A stretch of DNA of 62,806 nt, filler included, from Chiloscyllium plagiosum (Eukaryota), in assembly GCF_004010195.1 (NCBI RefSeq). It is 4 parts of one record of this genome, joined end to end, with 100 filler letters (N's around TTAATTAATTAA, not from the genome) between each part and the next. Parts side by side here need not be neighbours in the genome. Positions count along the whole stretch, not along the records: positions 52,448 to 62,806 come from NC_057716.1; 3 more parts are not named here. One strand, given 5' to 3'. Shown here piece after piece: positions 52,801 through 62,806 of this stretch. The position numbers and the translations under genes are program-made. Positions within the stretch are counted from its first letter, which is position 1. The number at the start of each line of letters is the position of its first letter. The notes under the pieces were generated by a model that worked only from the letters and a program-made list of their open reading frames with translations, was not told the origin of the DNA and searched no databases.

Positions 52801-55800
52801 CAACATCGACCCTGAATGACCTGGCATTAATATGCTCCCCTGTTGTTCTGGTCTCCCCTCTTTGGAAGAAATACCTTTTCTCTATCCAGTCCTTTCACAT
52901 TAAATGAATCATCACTACTTGAGGGAATACACACAGAGTCTGTGCAGCCTGCTCTGATAACTTTATCCTTTTAGCCCCAGTATAAGTCTGGTCACCCCCT
53001 CCAACGCCAATCTATCCTTGTCCTTTCAGCTCTTCAGTATGTGCCTGAGTTCTTCTGGATGCACAAACTGGCTTGTACACGCAAGTTACTTTTAAAGTCC
53101 TGGACCCCTTCCACTCTGGCATTTTAGAACACAGGAAATAGGAACAGGAGTAATTCCTACACCTCCTCAAGCCCTCTCCTCCATTCAGCATAAGCATGGG
53201 TGCCCCTCGGCTTTAAATCCACTCACCCACCCGCTCCCTGTCACCTCGATTCCCTCAGAGATCAAAAACGTATCTGACCCAGCCTTAATTGGACCCAACG
53301 ATGGAGCATTCGCAACCTCCTGAGGTGGAGAATTTCAAAGGTCCATGATCCCATGGAGTGAAGGACCGTCTCCTTAACCCAATCATAAATAAGAAGCCCT
53401 TAACTTGCAATGGTGCCCTCACGATCTAGATTCCCCTGCTGGGAGAACAACTGCTCAGTGTCTACCATAAAATCTTACCCAGTTAGAAGGAGCGACAGAT
53501 CTCCTCCTGAGTCAATGAGTCCAGTTGGGTGAAAATGGAAGTGCCAATCCTTTGTGTCCCCAAACTCCCTTTGACCCCTCCATCTTCCTCTTGACCCCCC
53601 CCCATCCTCCCGAAGTGCCCCCAACCTCCCTTTGATCCTTCCATCTTCCCTTTGACCCCCATCCTCCCTTTGTGTCCCCAAACTCCCTTTGACCCCTCCA
53701 TCTTCCTCTTGACCCCCCCCCATCCTCCCGAAGTGCCCCCAACCTCCCTTTGATCCTTCCATCTTCCCTTTGACCCCCATCCTCCCTTTGTGTCCCCAAA
53801 CTCCCTTTGACCCCTCCATCTTCCTCTTGACCCCCCCCCATCCTCCCGAAGTGCCCCCAACCTCCCTTTGATCCTTCCATCTTCCCTTTGACCCCCATCC
53901 TCCCTTTGTGTCCCCAAACTCCCTTTGACCCCTCCATCTTCCTCTTGACCCCCCCCCATCCTCCCGAAGTGCCCCCAACCTCCCTTTGATCCTTCCATCT
54001 TCCCTTTGACCCCCATCCTCCCTTTGTGTCCCCAAACTCCCTTTGACCCCTCCATCTTCCCTTTGACCCCCCCCATCATCTCTCTGTGCTCCCATCATCA
54101 CTTTGTGCCCCCATCATCCCTTTGAGAAAGTTACCACCTGGAGTAGCGCCAACCTCCGGCCCATTTAAACATTCAAATAAAAGGGCGTCAATCAAAAATG
54201 GAAAGACGGAGCACTGAAATCACCTGAGCAGATCATCCAGAAATCTTTGAGGAGAGCAAGCAAGTTCTGACAGTGGCTCCACCTCAGAGTCGCTGCGGGT
54301 AATGTCTGCAGATGCTGGTCATTGGCTTGTGCACCAGCTACGGAACTGGGGAGAGACGTGCACTGCCTCGGCCCGGGAAGATCTCCAGCTAACTGAGCTC
54401 GTCGATAGATTGTCCCGGAACAAGATACAAACAGGGGAACACTGGAAGGTCAGAAAGGCTGCCAGGGGGGCAGAAGCAGTCAACGTTTCAGACTGATGAC
54501 CTTTCACCTGAACTGAGAAAGGTTAAGAGACGTGACTGCATTTCGGCAAGTAAACAGTTTGGGCGGGGTTATTGGAAAAATAATGGAGGTGAAGGAATGT
54601 GATAAGGTGAAGAGTAGGTGAGAGTGATTGACAAAACACTTGACAGTGCAAGGCCAATGGGAGAAATAATGGGACAAGCCAATTAACAGAAGCTTGGCCC
54701 TGAAGAGGTGGGAAGGGTCGGATGATTAATGGCTGCCATCCAAATGCAAGGACAAAAGAAAGGTGAGAGCAAAATTAAAAACCTGCAAAGACCAGGAAAC
54801 AAACTGGTGGTGAGTTGGAGGCCTGGGACAGGGGTTTCTGTCAGATACTGTCAAACTCCACATTCCATCTGGAAGCCTGGTTGAAGGATGAGGTGTAGAC
54901 TCTGAAGCAGGCCAAGGACAGAGAGGTCAGAGTGCAGATTGGCCGGCTGCAGATTGGAAATGTCCGACCTCAGGAAGTTCAGCATCGTGCTTGCAGACCG
55001 GTCGTTCCTCTGTACAGATCACTTCATTTGCCTCGCAGACTTTCTCTTCTCGATATATCAATGTGGATTAGTGACCTTTCAGCCTTCTCTTCCTTCCCTA
55101 ATCCTCTTTCTCTCACGTGTAGGGTCGGCCTGGCATAAATGGACTGAAAGGAGAAAAGGGCGAGCCAGGAGATTTCAGTGGTGGTTTTGGGTACCGGGTG
55201 AGTCCTGCCTTCACTGTTTCATTCTGGCAATTGTACGTCTTAAGCTTCAGGTATTTTCTGAATCAATTTCCTATTGTCCTGTTTACCAGAATATTCCAGG
55301 ACCACCCGGTCCTCCGGGACCCCCTGGACCACCTGGTATGCCAGCGTCTGATCACGTAAGTGTGCGATGTACTTCCTGAACGGCCAATTTAAATATGGCT
55401 GGAATGGTTCCATGTCTTATTGCCCTCCTTCAGTAATGCTGCTACTGTGCTGATACCTTCCCATCAGGCACCACATCCCACCCAGAATTCCAGATTACCA
55501 AATTCTGACAAATAGGGGAGATTGGTTTAGTGTTTTATCCACAAGATGGTGGCAGGGGTGTTCCCTCAGTACATAGATTAAGCTGAAGACTCCAGGGTGG
55601 GGACGTGTAATCACAAGTTTCTGTCTCCGAGCCGTGACTCAGACTGACTAGAGAAAGATTTTAACTCCACTGTGTATACTTGACTCGTGATTATCCCCGT
55701 CTTCTCTTCAGGTGTTCAGAGGGGCAGCTGAAGGATACCCTGGAATACATGGACCACAAGGTAGGTGTTCATGGTCTATTGGGTAAAAGTCCTCCAATAA

Positions 55801-58800
55801 AATGCACACTTCCAATAAATGCCATTGTTTATGCCTTGGTGGATTTTGCACTATTCTGCTGAAGTTGCAGGAGAAACTTTGATCTCCAGCCTTTCTGTGA
55901 TGTTAGCACAACTATTTGGGCTTCCACTGGGCAGCAAGGACATGGACGCCATCCGGAAACAAATTGGCCGCATTCCTCTCATCTAAGGTGATGGACAAGA
56001 CAGGGCACCAAGTCTACTTTAATCAGTTTCTTTAATCACAGGAACCTTCAATCCAAGATTCAGTTTGAAACCTTTTCAAATACCGGTCATTAAATTATGA
56101 ACAACAGGTTGTGAAGGATTCACCTCATTGTGTCCATAAATTAGAGCTTTGGGGTTTCTGTCCATCCTGCATTGAGCAGAAAATGTCAGTTAAGCACCCT
56201 AACTATTTTATTTCAGTCATGTAGAAAACTATTCTGATCCATCTGGCTAATACAGAATCCCTACAGTGCTGAAAGAGGCCATTTGTCCCATCAAGTGTGC
56301 ACTGACCCTCTTTGAACATCTATCCAATCCCTGTAATCCCCTGCATTTCCCATGGCTAATCTACCTAAACATCTTTGGACTGGAGGAAACCAAGAGCACA
56401 TAGAGGAAACCCACACAGAGAATGTGCAAACTCCACATAGACAGTCACTCGAGGGTGCAATCGAACTTGGGTCTCTAGCGATGTGAGGCAGCAGTGCTAA
56501 CCACTGAGCATCAAAACAGCCCTGTTTGGCTATGCAATATTTCCTATCTATTATGATCATGAGGGAGGCCATTAACTTATAGAAAGAACATCAAAAGCCA
56601 ATTATTTATGCTGCAAGTTTTAATGGCTAATACCTGTGATGTAGTTCCTGAGAATATAGTGTAGGCTCGTTCAGTCAAAACCTTCAAGAGGGAATTAGAT
56701 TGCTATCTGTGAAGGAAGATTGTGTCTGGTTTAAGGGAGAAGGCAGGTACTAGGTAACTGCTCATTCAGAAAGCATAACATGATAGGCTGAAGTGCCTTA
56801 ATTCTGATTTGGGTTTGATTGAGAGCTATACTTTACAAGAGTTAAAGAAAGTAAATAGAATGTTTTAACTCTACATATTTTGTGAACACTTATATTTTAA
56901 GCTTTCAAAACTTAACAAAGCAGCCGACTGAAGAGTTCCCCAGTTTCTTCCAGACTGTCAATGCTACTTTCACATCTCCCAGGATTACACCACGGTGTGT
57001 CAGCCCTCAGGAATTCACTTTATTTTGCCCCAGATTTCCTGCTACATTCTATGAGTCTGCAACTACCTAAATTCAAAGATGGATTTCACTCTTTTTTTGC
57101 TTAATTGTCTGAAGCCTTTGGCAGATCTCCCCCTCTACATGTTTCCAATTGTGCCAGCTCTAAATGTTACACCATCCCTGTCTGTGAGAATGCAAACAAA
57201 GAAACCCACCACAACGGGTTTATATAAAACCTACATGGTCTATTTCCATAGCAACACAGCATAGCTGGAAAATGTACATTAATTATCAATCAGTCTTAAT
57301 CTGAAAGGTAAATTGATACTTTCAGAGCTGACCTTGTTTGTCCTTTTAATCCTGTCTGTAATCTGAGACCCACATGACTAATTCAAGCCCCTTATGAAGG
57401 CAACTGTTGACAGTTTGTCCCAACCAAGAAACTCATAAAAAATAGCCCATTGCTGAGTATGTTCACATTTCCACCGTGGCCTTTTTATGTAACGTGAGTT
57501 CTCCTTTGAATGGTGTTTGGTAATTTCCCAAATCCATTGGTTCTTCCATTAGCTCTACATTTAACACTTCACTCCTCAGTCCAAATGTATTCTTCTTATA
57601 GAGAAGGCACTGGCTTAGTGGTATATCACCGGGCTGTTAATCCAGACACCCGGGTAACGTTCGAGGGACCTGGGTTTGAATCCTGCCATGACAGATGATA
57701 GAATTTGAATTTAATAATAAAAAAAGATCTGGAATTAAGAGCCTGATGATGACCATGTCGATTGTCAGGAAAAACCCCTCTGATTCACTAGTGCCCTTTA
57801 GGGAAGGAAACTGCCCCCATCCTCACCCGGTCTGACCTACATGTGACTCCAGACCCACAAGCAATGTGGTTGATTCTTGACTGCCCTCTGGGCACTTAGG
57901 GATGGGTAATAAATGCTACCCAGCTAGTGACGCCCTCATCCCTGAACAAAAACAAATAAAGAAAAGAACACGTGAATCGTGAAATTAGACATTATCATCA
58001 CTTTCTAACCTCACTTGAGAATGATTGACTGAAGTTAGATCTAAATGAGCAATGAATGTGCCTCGTAACTAGTGTTGAGAGAATGTCTTTCAATTCCAGT
58101 ACTTGGACTGATAAATGATTACAGCCTCAATCCATGACTATCTCGACCTGTTCCCTCACGCAGGTCCTAAAGGAGACCGTGGCAACCCAGGGTATATGGG
58201 CCCTCCAGGACAGAAAGGGGATATTGGGGAGCCTGGGCTTCCTGGCCCTCCAGGTGAGTAACCTGGGAGGTAAGGGGTAGCAGAGGAGGTCGGAGCTTAC
58301 TCTCTTTGTCTGGGAGGAAATAACTCCATGCACGGTTTTGAAAATAAAGAAGTCACAGGAGTATTAACTGAAACCACTGTTTCCGTCTCAGTCAAGAACA
58401 ACTTGTCTCCGCATTAGAACATGGAGGCTGAGCTGTCAGGTTTGTGATTTTTCAATGGGCGAAAAGCTCTCCGTGTGATCAACATTCAACAGCTAGGAGT
58501 CTGACTGCTGCTGGGCTTTTCAAGTTGAACTTCGAGCATGAAAAGCTGACTACCTGTCTCACACATCTGCCCCGTGCCAAAATGGCTGACACAGGTGTGA
58601 CAATTCCTTCTCTGCTTCCCAGTTCAGTAAACATGGATCCCCTTGGAGAGTCAAAGGGCAGAGTCCTGTGCCCACCTGTGTGGTGTGCTTGGTGGCAGAG
58701 TGGGCCAGTTAATCAGGTAGGAGGGTTCATGGGTGAGGACCTCATCATCTACCCTCCTCCGCCCCCATGATTGGCAGACCTTTGCATTGCCTTTGTACCC

Positions 58801-61800
58801 CACTGCCAACTGAGGCTCGGAACTGGATAACTAATGCCCATTTGATGGCCTCAACCCACAGCCGCTGGCATTAACTCAGTGACAAGCTTGTGGAGTGCAA
58901 ATGAGGACTATCTTGTTGAAAGGTAGTCAGTGCCTAATTGAGGGAATTGGCATCAGGAAAGAGGGGGCAACTGAGTGCCACATTCCTGGCCACCCTTCCT
59001 CAAAGCCCTATCCTCTCTCTGGCATTGTCAAGGCCTGGCATGGACTGGGGGCTAGGTGCCAGCATGGACTGGGTGGCAAGGACCATTGTTCTGAACTTCT
59101 TAATTTCTTTATTTTCTGATTTATTCCTACAGTCCACAATGCTGGACGTTTTATTTCTTTACTTTTTCCGAATAACTTGTACTGAAGAATCCGTACCCAG
59201 ATACCTTTGTACCTAAGAGGGTGCCATAAGTGATGACTTTTAACCTATCACTGTATTCATCTGAATACACGTGACAATAAAGCTGATTCATTTCAATTTA
59301 TTTCAATTCACTTGTGCCGGGCTGCTATCCAACTGGGGACCTTGGGTGGCCGTTGTACTGGCCATCTCCTCTCAGGGCGCTGATGAGCACATCCCAGTCA
59401 TTCATTGTCTGGCAGCTCTCAGCAACCAGGATTGTTACCCCAGGGTCCTTGATACCGGGGGGCCGGGGGTGGGGGGGAGGGCGGCCTACCACTCGCCTGC
59501 TAAATCGTACAAGATGCGGCAGACCCTCCCGAGGAAAGGGAACAAATAGGTCTTGAGAACTCTCCTGGTGACTCAGAACCTCCACAGAAAGTCAACACCC
59601 AGAGCCAAGCAGGGCAAAAAGATTCGCTTGCAAAGTTTCCCTCCCACCCCCATCAGAGATTCAAAATGAGTCCAGATCTCACGGATCTAGCGATCTCCAT
59701 CTTACCTCCTGTACAAGGTGGTTTCCAATGCAGTCCAGACTTTTTAAGTCATTTGATCGCGGGGCTTCAGCCTCCTTAGTGAGGCCAGCATGTACTGCAT
59801 GTCCGTTGTCAAGGTGATGGTGAGCTTCGGCCATCTTGAACTGCCGCAGTCCACAGTGCCTTTCGAGAGGGAGTTCCAGCATTGTGACCCAGCAACACTG
59901 AAGGAATAGGGATGTAATTCCAAGTCAGGATGGTGAAACTTGCAGGTCGTGGTGTTCCCAAATATCTGCTGCCTTTGTCCTTCTAGATGGAAGTCCTCAT
60001 GGATTTGGAGGGTGGTGTCTGAGGAGCTCAGGCGAGTTTCTGCAGAGCATCTTGTAGATGGTGCACACTGCTGCTACTGAGCGTCAGTAATGAGGGTTGT
60101 GGATGTGGAAGGTGGTAGCAGAAGATTAGGAAGATCAGGAAGGTCCTAGTGCCAGTTTCAGAGGCACCAGTTTATGCCAGTCCTCATAAGGCTTCCACTT
60201 GATGCATGTTGCTCCTGCGATTTGGAGTCACTGTGCTAGAGTCCAGTTCCGCCACTGGTTTCCTGAGGAGACCTCAGTCTGTGTTTTGAGCTTCTTTTCA
60301 GATGATATTGTGCCTTCAGTTTTGTATGTTAATGAACTCTGACATGTCTCTGTGCTGTTCGGTTACAGGAACCATCCCACATGAGGTATATGACTTCACC
60401 TCCTCTCTCAGAGTAAGTGTTGCTGTCTCCTTGCACTCTCGGCTATGAGCTTGCCAGTGGTGCTAGAAGCTCTGGCATCTATTGGGCACTCATTTCAAAT
60501 TCTCACCCCTCTCTCTCTTCTGATGTAGAGCTCCTGAGAATGGTCAACGTTTTACCCCTCTGTCAGTCTCTGTAAGTGCCTGCGATGAGTCTTTGTGAAT
60601 CAAAGACTAATCTCCTGGACAAAACCCAGGGAGAAAGGTCACAGGCAAGTTTACAAAAGCAATCAGAGATGGAGTGGGATTCAGACACCCAATGAGCCAA
60701 CTCGACTCCCTCCTGAAGAAGGGTTACACCCAAATGTTGACTTCTCCACCTCCTGATGCTGCCTGGCTTGCGGTGTTCTCCCAGCCTCCTGCTTGTCTAC
60801 TTTGGAATCCAGCATCTGCAGATTTTTTTGTCTCTAACTTGACTCAGGAAGGCTGAGGAAGGCAGTGCACATCTGGCTTAGCCTTGTTTAGCCAGCAGTG
60901 GTATCCAAGACTTGAGAGCTGGTGGTCATGTGACATAACCGCTCTGGATGCGTGCTCCCAGAGTTGGCAAGCCAAGCATCACGTGCTCAGCATTGCCAGC
61001 ATCAGTTTTGGGGTTGCACTGCATGCTCTATGTACAGATGGTGGCTCTTGAGTCTCTTTTTGTTCCCTGTCCTCACCATTTTCTGCCTTCTCTTGTCTCC
61101 CCCCCCCCCCCCCCCCCTCCCCCCAACACCCCCACAATGCTGACAGGGTGCAAAAGGAGAAACGGGTGACGTGGGGCAGAAAGGAGAGAAGGGCGCACCA
61201 GGAGATGGCTATGGTTCTGGTGTAGCCGGGCCCCAGGGTCCTCCTGGGCCTCCGGGACCACCGGGTCTTCAGGTAAGAAACTCCCAAGTGGTGGCCAGCG
61301 AGTGCCAGTAAAAAGATTCTCTTTCTGTCTTTTGCCAGAACATTCTTGCACGTTGCTGAGTTTGCGGATTGGCTCCAGAGACTATCCTCCCAACTCCCCT
61401 GGCTCATCCTGGGCTCGGTGGGGAGTTGTTCTTAGGAAAGCAGACAAAAGTATCCTTTGGAGAGAGGACGATGGCCAGAGAAGAGGCCCAAATTTATGTT
61501 AGGTCTCTGAGGTGTAGCCGCTCCTATGACGTGGCATTCCCAGGGCGAAGGGGTTTTACAGTGAGGAAGGTTTGAGCAGCGGGCCAGTGCTTGCTGGTGT
61601 TCAGAGTAATGAACAGAGACCTGATTGAAACATAGAACTTCCAGGGGTCGTGGGGGGGGAAATCACTGGGAGAGCAGATCCTGAGAGAGCGTGTTGACTC
61701 TTGTGGTGGAATCGAGAATGTGGGGGTGCAGTTTAACTGAGGGTTGTCACTCTTTGTACCCCCCCCCAGAGAGGGGTGGAGACTGGCTCATTGAATCTAT

Positions 61801-62544
61801 TCAAGGCAGATTTCTGACGGGCAAAGGGCGTTGGGGGTGAAGAAGGGTGGAGGCAAGAAAATGGAACTAAGGCCAAGAATCAGGTTGGCCACGACCATAC
61901 GGAATGGGAGAACAGACTGAGAGGGCAAATAACCGACCCCAACTCCGATTTTGTATGGAAGACAACTCAGCCTGCAACTCCCACAAATAGCAGTCTGATA
62001 ATGAACAGATGTTCTGTTTTAGAGACATTTACTGAAGGGAAAATATTGGTCAGGACAGTTGGGGTAACACGCATGTAGTAGTACCTTGGGGTCTTTTATA
62101 CCCATCTGAGCAGTCAGACAGCGCCTCCGTTGAAATGCTGCACCTCCAGTGATACCACGCTGTGTTTAAATGAGGTCCTCACACCTCAGGGGTGGGGACT
62201 GGATCCATTAGCTGAGGCAAAAACGAGATCGTTACCCAGGGTTGACACCTATGTATGGCCCTCCCTGTGTTTATTTGCAGATGTTGCGGGGTACAGGAGG
62301 CGGATTCTATACAAAATAATTTGATCACCTGAGGGGAAACATTCTGGCCTTACACCCCACTCCGCGTTGCTGACTAACCATCCTCCTCTCACCCTCCCCC
62401 AGGGACCGAAAGGAGACAGCATTGTTGGACCTAGAGGGTTACCAGGCAACGCGGGACCCCCTGGTTATGGGTATCCAGGTGCCCCCGGTCCTCCTGGGCC
62501 TCCCGGCCCCCCTGGAGTTTCTGCTTCAGGACACCACAGAACAA
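37344..62544 (+). CDS. COL18A1: Multiplexin collagen, most similar to collagen alpha-1(XVIII); partial gene of 13 coding exons, 5' and 3' parts not seen
   Basis: 13 AG/GT-bounded exons join in frame with no stop (901 nt): [300 protein letters not shown]. Order and interruptions match human COL18A1 as I recall it ([64 protein letters not shown]). It lacks the COL15A1-type RPHCKMP interruption. Confidence 0.85.
37570..38045 (+). mobile_element. CR1/HER1 LINE 3' fragment (intronic)
   Basis: ctggagagggttcagaaaatatttacc...ggctgaggggtgaccttatagaggtttataaa. Confidence 0.85.
38345..38380 (+). CDS. COL18A1: Collagen exon, 36 nt, [12 protein letters not shown], phase 0-0
   Basis: Acceptor ttcctccctttcag, donor ccg|gtaaga; 4 perfect Gly-X-Y triplets. 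Confidence 0.92.
40208..40270 (+). CDS. COL18A1: Collagen exon, 63 nt, [21 protein letters not shown], phase 0-0
   Basis: Acceptor tctcccctttcctttag, donor aag|gtaggc; 7 Gly-X-Y triplets. Confidence 0.95.
40808..40840. repeat. (AG)n microsatellite
   Basis: Visible run. Confidence 0.95.
41920..42003 (+). CDS. COL18A1: Collagen exon, 84 nt, [28 protein letters not shown], phase 0-0
   Basis: Acceptor cttcttcctttccag, donor aag|gtgaga; GEPG-x-I-x-SPDG interruption typical of collagen XVIII. Confidence 0.93.
44180..44348 (-). mobile_element. HE1-type SINE 3' fragment nested in the long CR1
   Basis: atcatagaatccctacagtgtggagacaggcc...gggcaatttag interrupts ORF2. Confidence 0.8.
45196..45286 (-). 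mobile_element. Penelope-like terminal fragment nested in the long CR1 (same family as 16481-16707)
   Basis: ggatgcgagtttgcttgctgagctggaaggtttgttttcag... matches 16479-16557; degenerate flanking repeat gaagaatagact / gaaggatagacc. Confidence 0.75.
47666..47701 (+). CDS. COL18A1: Collagen exon, 36 nt, [12 protein letters not shown], phase 0-0
   Basis: Acceptor ttttgttcccttcag, donor cag|gtaagg; 4 Gly-X-Y triplets. Confidence 0.93.
49075..50535 (-). mobile_element. CR1 LINE RT and 3' fragment, about 1.4 kb
   Basis: Minus ORF 49921-50202 [13 protein letters not shown]...LQRDLD, the CR1 FADD region. Confidence 0.88.
49373..49558. mobile_element. Penelope-like terminal fragment with partial inverted duplication and hammerhead-like core, nested in CR1
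   Basis: 14-bp TSD AAAAGACAACTACT (49359-49372, 49559-49572); core CTGAAGA-A-GGGC-CTGT-GCCC-GAAACATC at 49469-49496. Confidence 0.82.
51604..51657 (+). CDS. COL18A1: Collagen exon, 54 nt, [18 protein letters not shown], phase 0-0
   Basis: Acceptor ttctactccacag, donor ccg|gtgagg; canonical 54-nt collagen exon with the multiplexin KGEIG-x-PGRP motif. Confidence 0.95.
51832..52136 (-). mobile_element. HE1-type V-SINE with (TTAGA)n tail
   Basis: Reverse complement of head, V domain and tail. Confidence 0.88.
52182..52539 (+). mobile_element. Penelope-like element spanning a gap: ORF fragment before the gap, terminal repeat after it
   Basis: 52182-52347 reads [55 protein letters not shown] without a stop; 52448-52532 matches the tail family at 10721-10808 and 49373-49558. 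Confidence 0.7.
52348..52447. other. Assembly gap (44 N + TTAATTAATTAA + 44 N)
   Basis: Directly visible. Confidence 0.99.
53548..54077. repeat. 118-bp pyrimidine-rich minisatellite, about 4.5 essentially identical copies
   Basis: tttgtgtcccc at 53551, 53669, 53787, 53905 and 54023. Confidence 0.95.
55123..55197 (+). CDS. COL18A1: Collagen exon, 75 nt, [25 protein letters not shown], phase 0-0
   Basis: Acceptor tctctcacgtgtag, donor cgg|gtgagt; conserved [17 protein letters not shown] motif. Confidence 0.95.
55290..55355 (+). CDS. COL18A1: Collagen exon, 66 nt, [22 protein letters not shown], phase 0-0
   Basis: Acceptor gtcctgtttaccag after a 92-nt intron, donor cac|gtaagt; (GPP)4 run. Confidence 0.93.
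55712..55760 (+). CDS. COL18A1: Collagen exon, 49 nt, [16 protein letters not shown](G), phase 0-1
   Basis: Acceptor cgtcttctcttcag, donor aag|gtaggt; supplies the phase change needed for the next exon. Confidence 0.88.
56253..56510 (-). mobile_element. Diverged HE1-type V-SINE
   Basis: agaatgtgcaaactccaca...gtgaggcagcagtgctaaccactgag. Confidence 0.8.
57605..57950 (+). mobile_element. tRNA-derived SINE of a second family with LINE-like tail
   Basis: A and B boxes (tggcttagtgg, gggtttgaatcc); tail agggatgggtaataaatgct; related fragment at about 50570-50770. Confidence 0.65.
58164..58253 (+). CDS. COL18A1: Collagen exon, 90 nt, (G)[29 protein letters not shown](G), phase 1-1
   Basis: Acceptor ttccctcacgcag, donor cag|gtgagt; 10 Gly-X-Y triplets. 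Confidence 0.95.
60369..60412 (+). CDS. COL18A1: Collagen exon, 44 nt, (G)[14 protein letters not shown], non-collagenous interruption, phase 1-0
   Basis: Acceptor tgttcggttacag, donor aga|gtaagt; restores phase 0 and sits at the position of the QFPFDFLQLEAEMK interruption of human COL18A1. Confidence 0.85.
60711..60835 (+). mobile_element. Degenerate Penelope-like terminal fragment
   Basis: CTGAAGA-A-GGGT-TAC-ACCC-AAATGTT then gatgctgcctggcttg...ccagcatctgcag; flanking aactcgactc / aacttgactc. Confidence 0.6.
61147..61272 (+). CDS. COL18A1: Collagen exon, 126 nt, [42 protein letters not shown], phase 0-0
   Basis: Acceptor ctgacag downstream of a poly-C tract, donor cag|gtaaga; Gly-X-Y with a short interruption. 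Confidence 0.95.
62403..62544 (+). CDS. COL18A1: Collagen exon, about 142 nt, GPKGDSIVG...[10 protein letters not shown], phase 0-1
   Basis: Acceptor caccctcccccag; probable donor caa|gttggt (3' boundary less certain); matches GPKGESIRG...GPHRQT of COL18A1. Confidence 0.88.
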
Positions 62545-62689
62545 GTTGGTATCAAACCACCTCTCCCCCTCCCTTGTTCGATAAGCTCATCTTTGAAATT
62601 GTGTCAGGTTGAACACAATGTGGTGGACAGTGTTGTGATGGATTTGAGTTGGGAGCATTGTAATGGGCTGAGGTAGACTGTGATAGGGA

Positions 62690-62806
62690 AAGATGGGGAG
62701 GGAAGGGGTAAAGATTGGGATAGGTCAGGGTGGGGAGGGATGGGGTAGATACTGGGATAGGTCATGGTGAGGAGGGAAGGGGTAAAGATTGGGATAGTCA
62801 GGGTGG
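62690..62806. repeat. G-rich tandem repeat, unit about 37 bp, running off the window end
   Basis: gagggaaggggtaaagattgggataggtcagggtgg recurs about 3 times. Confidence 0.8.

Noticed and set aside
53475..54101. Long Gly-rich minus-strand ORFs (208, 198 and 141 aa) resembling collagen
   Set aside because: They are read-through of the 118-bp minisatellite. The unit is not a multiple of 3, all three frames give the same peptides, and there is no Gly-X-Y register.
37344..62544. COL15A1 as the gene identity
   Set aside because: It lacks the Cys-containing interruption of collagen XV, and the SPDG, DH-VF and GHHRT motifs follow collagen XVIII. Not formally excluded without phylogeny.

Overview
Vertebrate, not microbial, genomic DNA. 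The repeat content (HE1-type V-SINEs, CR1/HER1 LINEs, DeuSINEs, Penelope-like elements) points to an elasmobranch, probably a carpet or bamboo shark. The only well-supported gene is a + strand multiplexin collagen, most like COL18A1. Thirteen phase-consistent GT-AG exons between 37344 and 62544 (901 nt, about 300 codons) encode interrupted Gly-X-Y domains. The 3' exons (trimerisation and endostatin domains) should lie beyond the window. No upstream collagen exons were found in the first 37 kb, and the exon chain starts just after an assembly gap. The remainder is intronic or intergenic DNA dense in retroelement fragments, tandem repeats and three 100-nt scaffold gaps carrying a TTAATTAATTAA spacer. 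Nearly all ORFs in the supplied track are repeat-derived or spurious. The most notable non-coding signal is a set of short Penelope-like insertions with minimal hammerhead-ribozyme cores, three of them flanked by exact 14-bp target-site duplications. I found no convincing evidence of a wholly new biological system. Transposon boundaries are approximate and were assigned by eye from remembered family consensus sequences.
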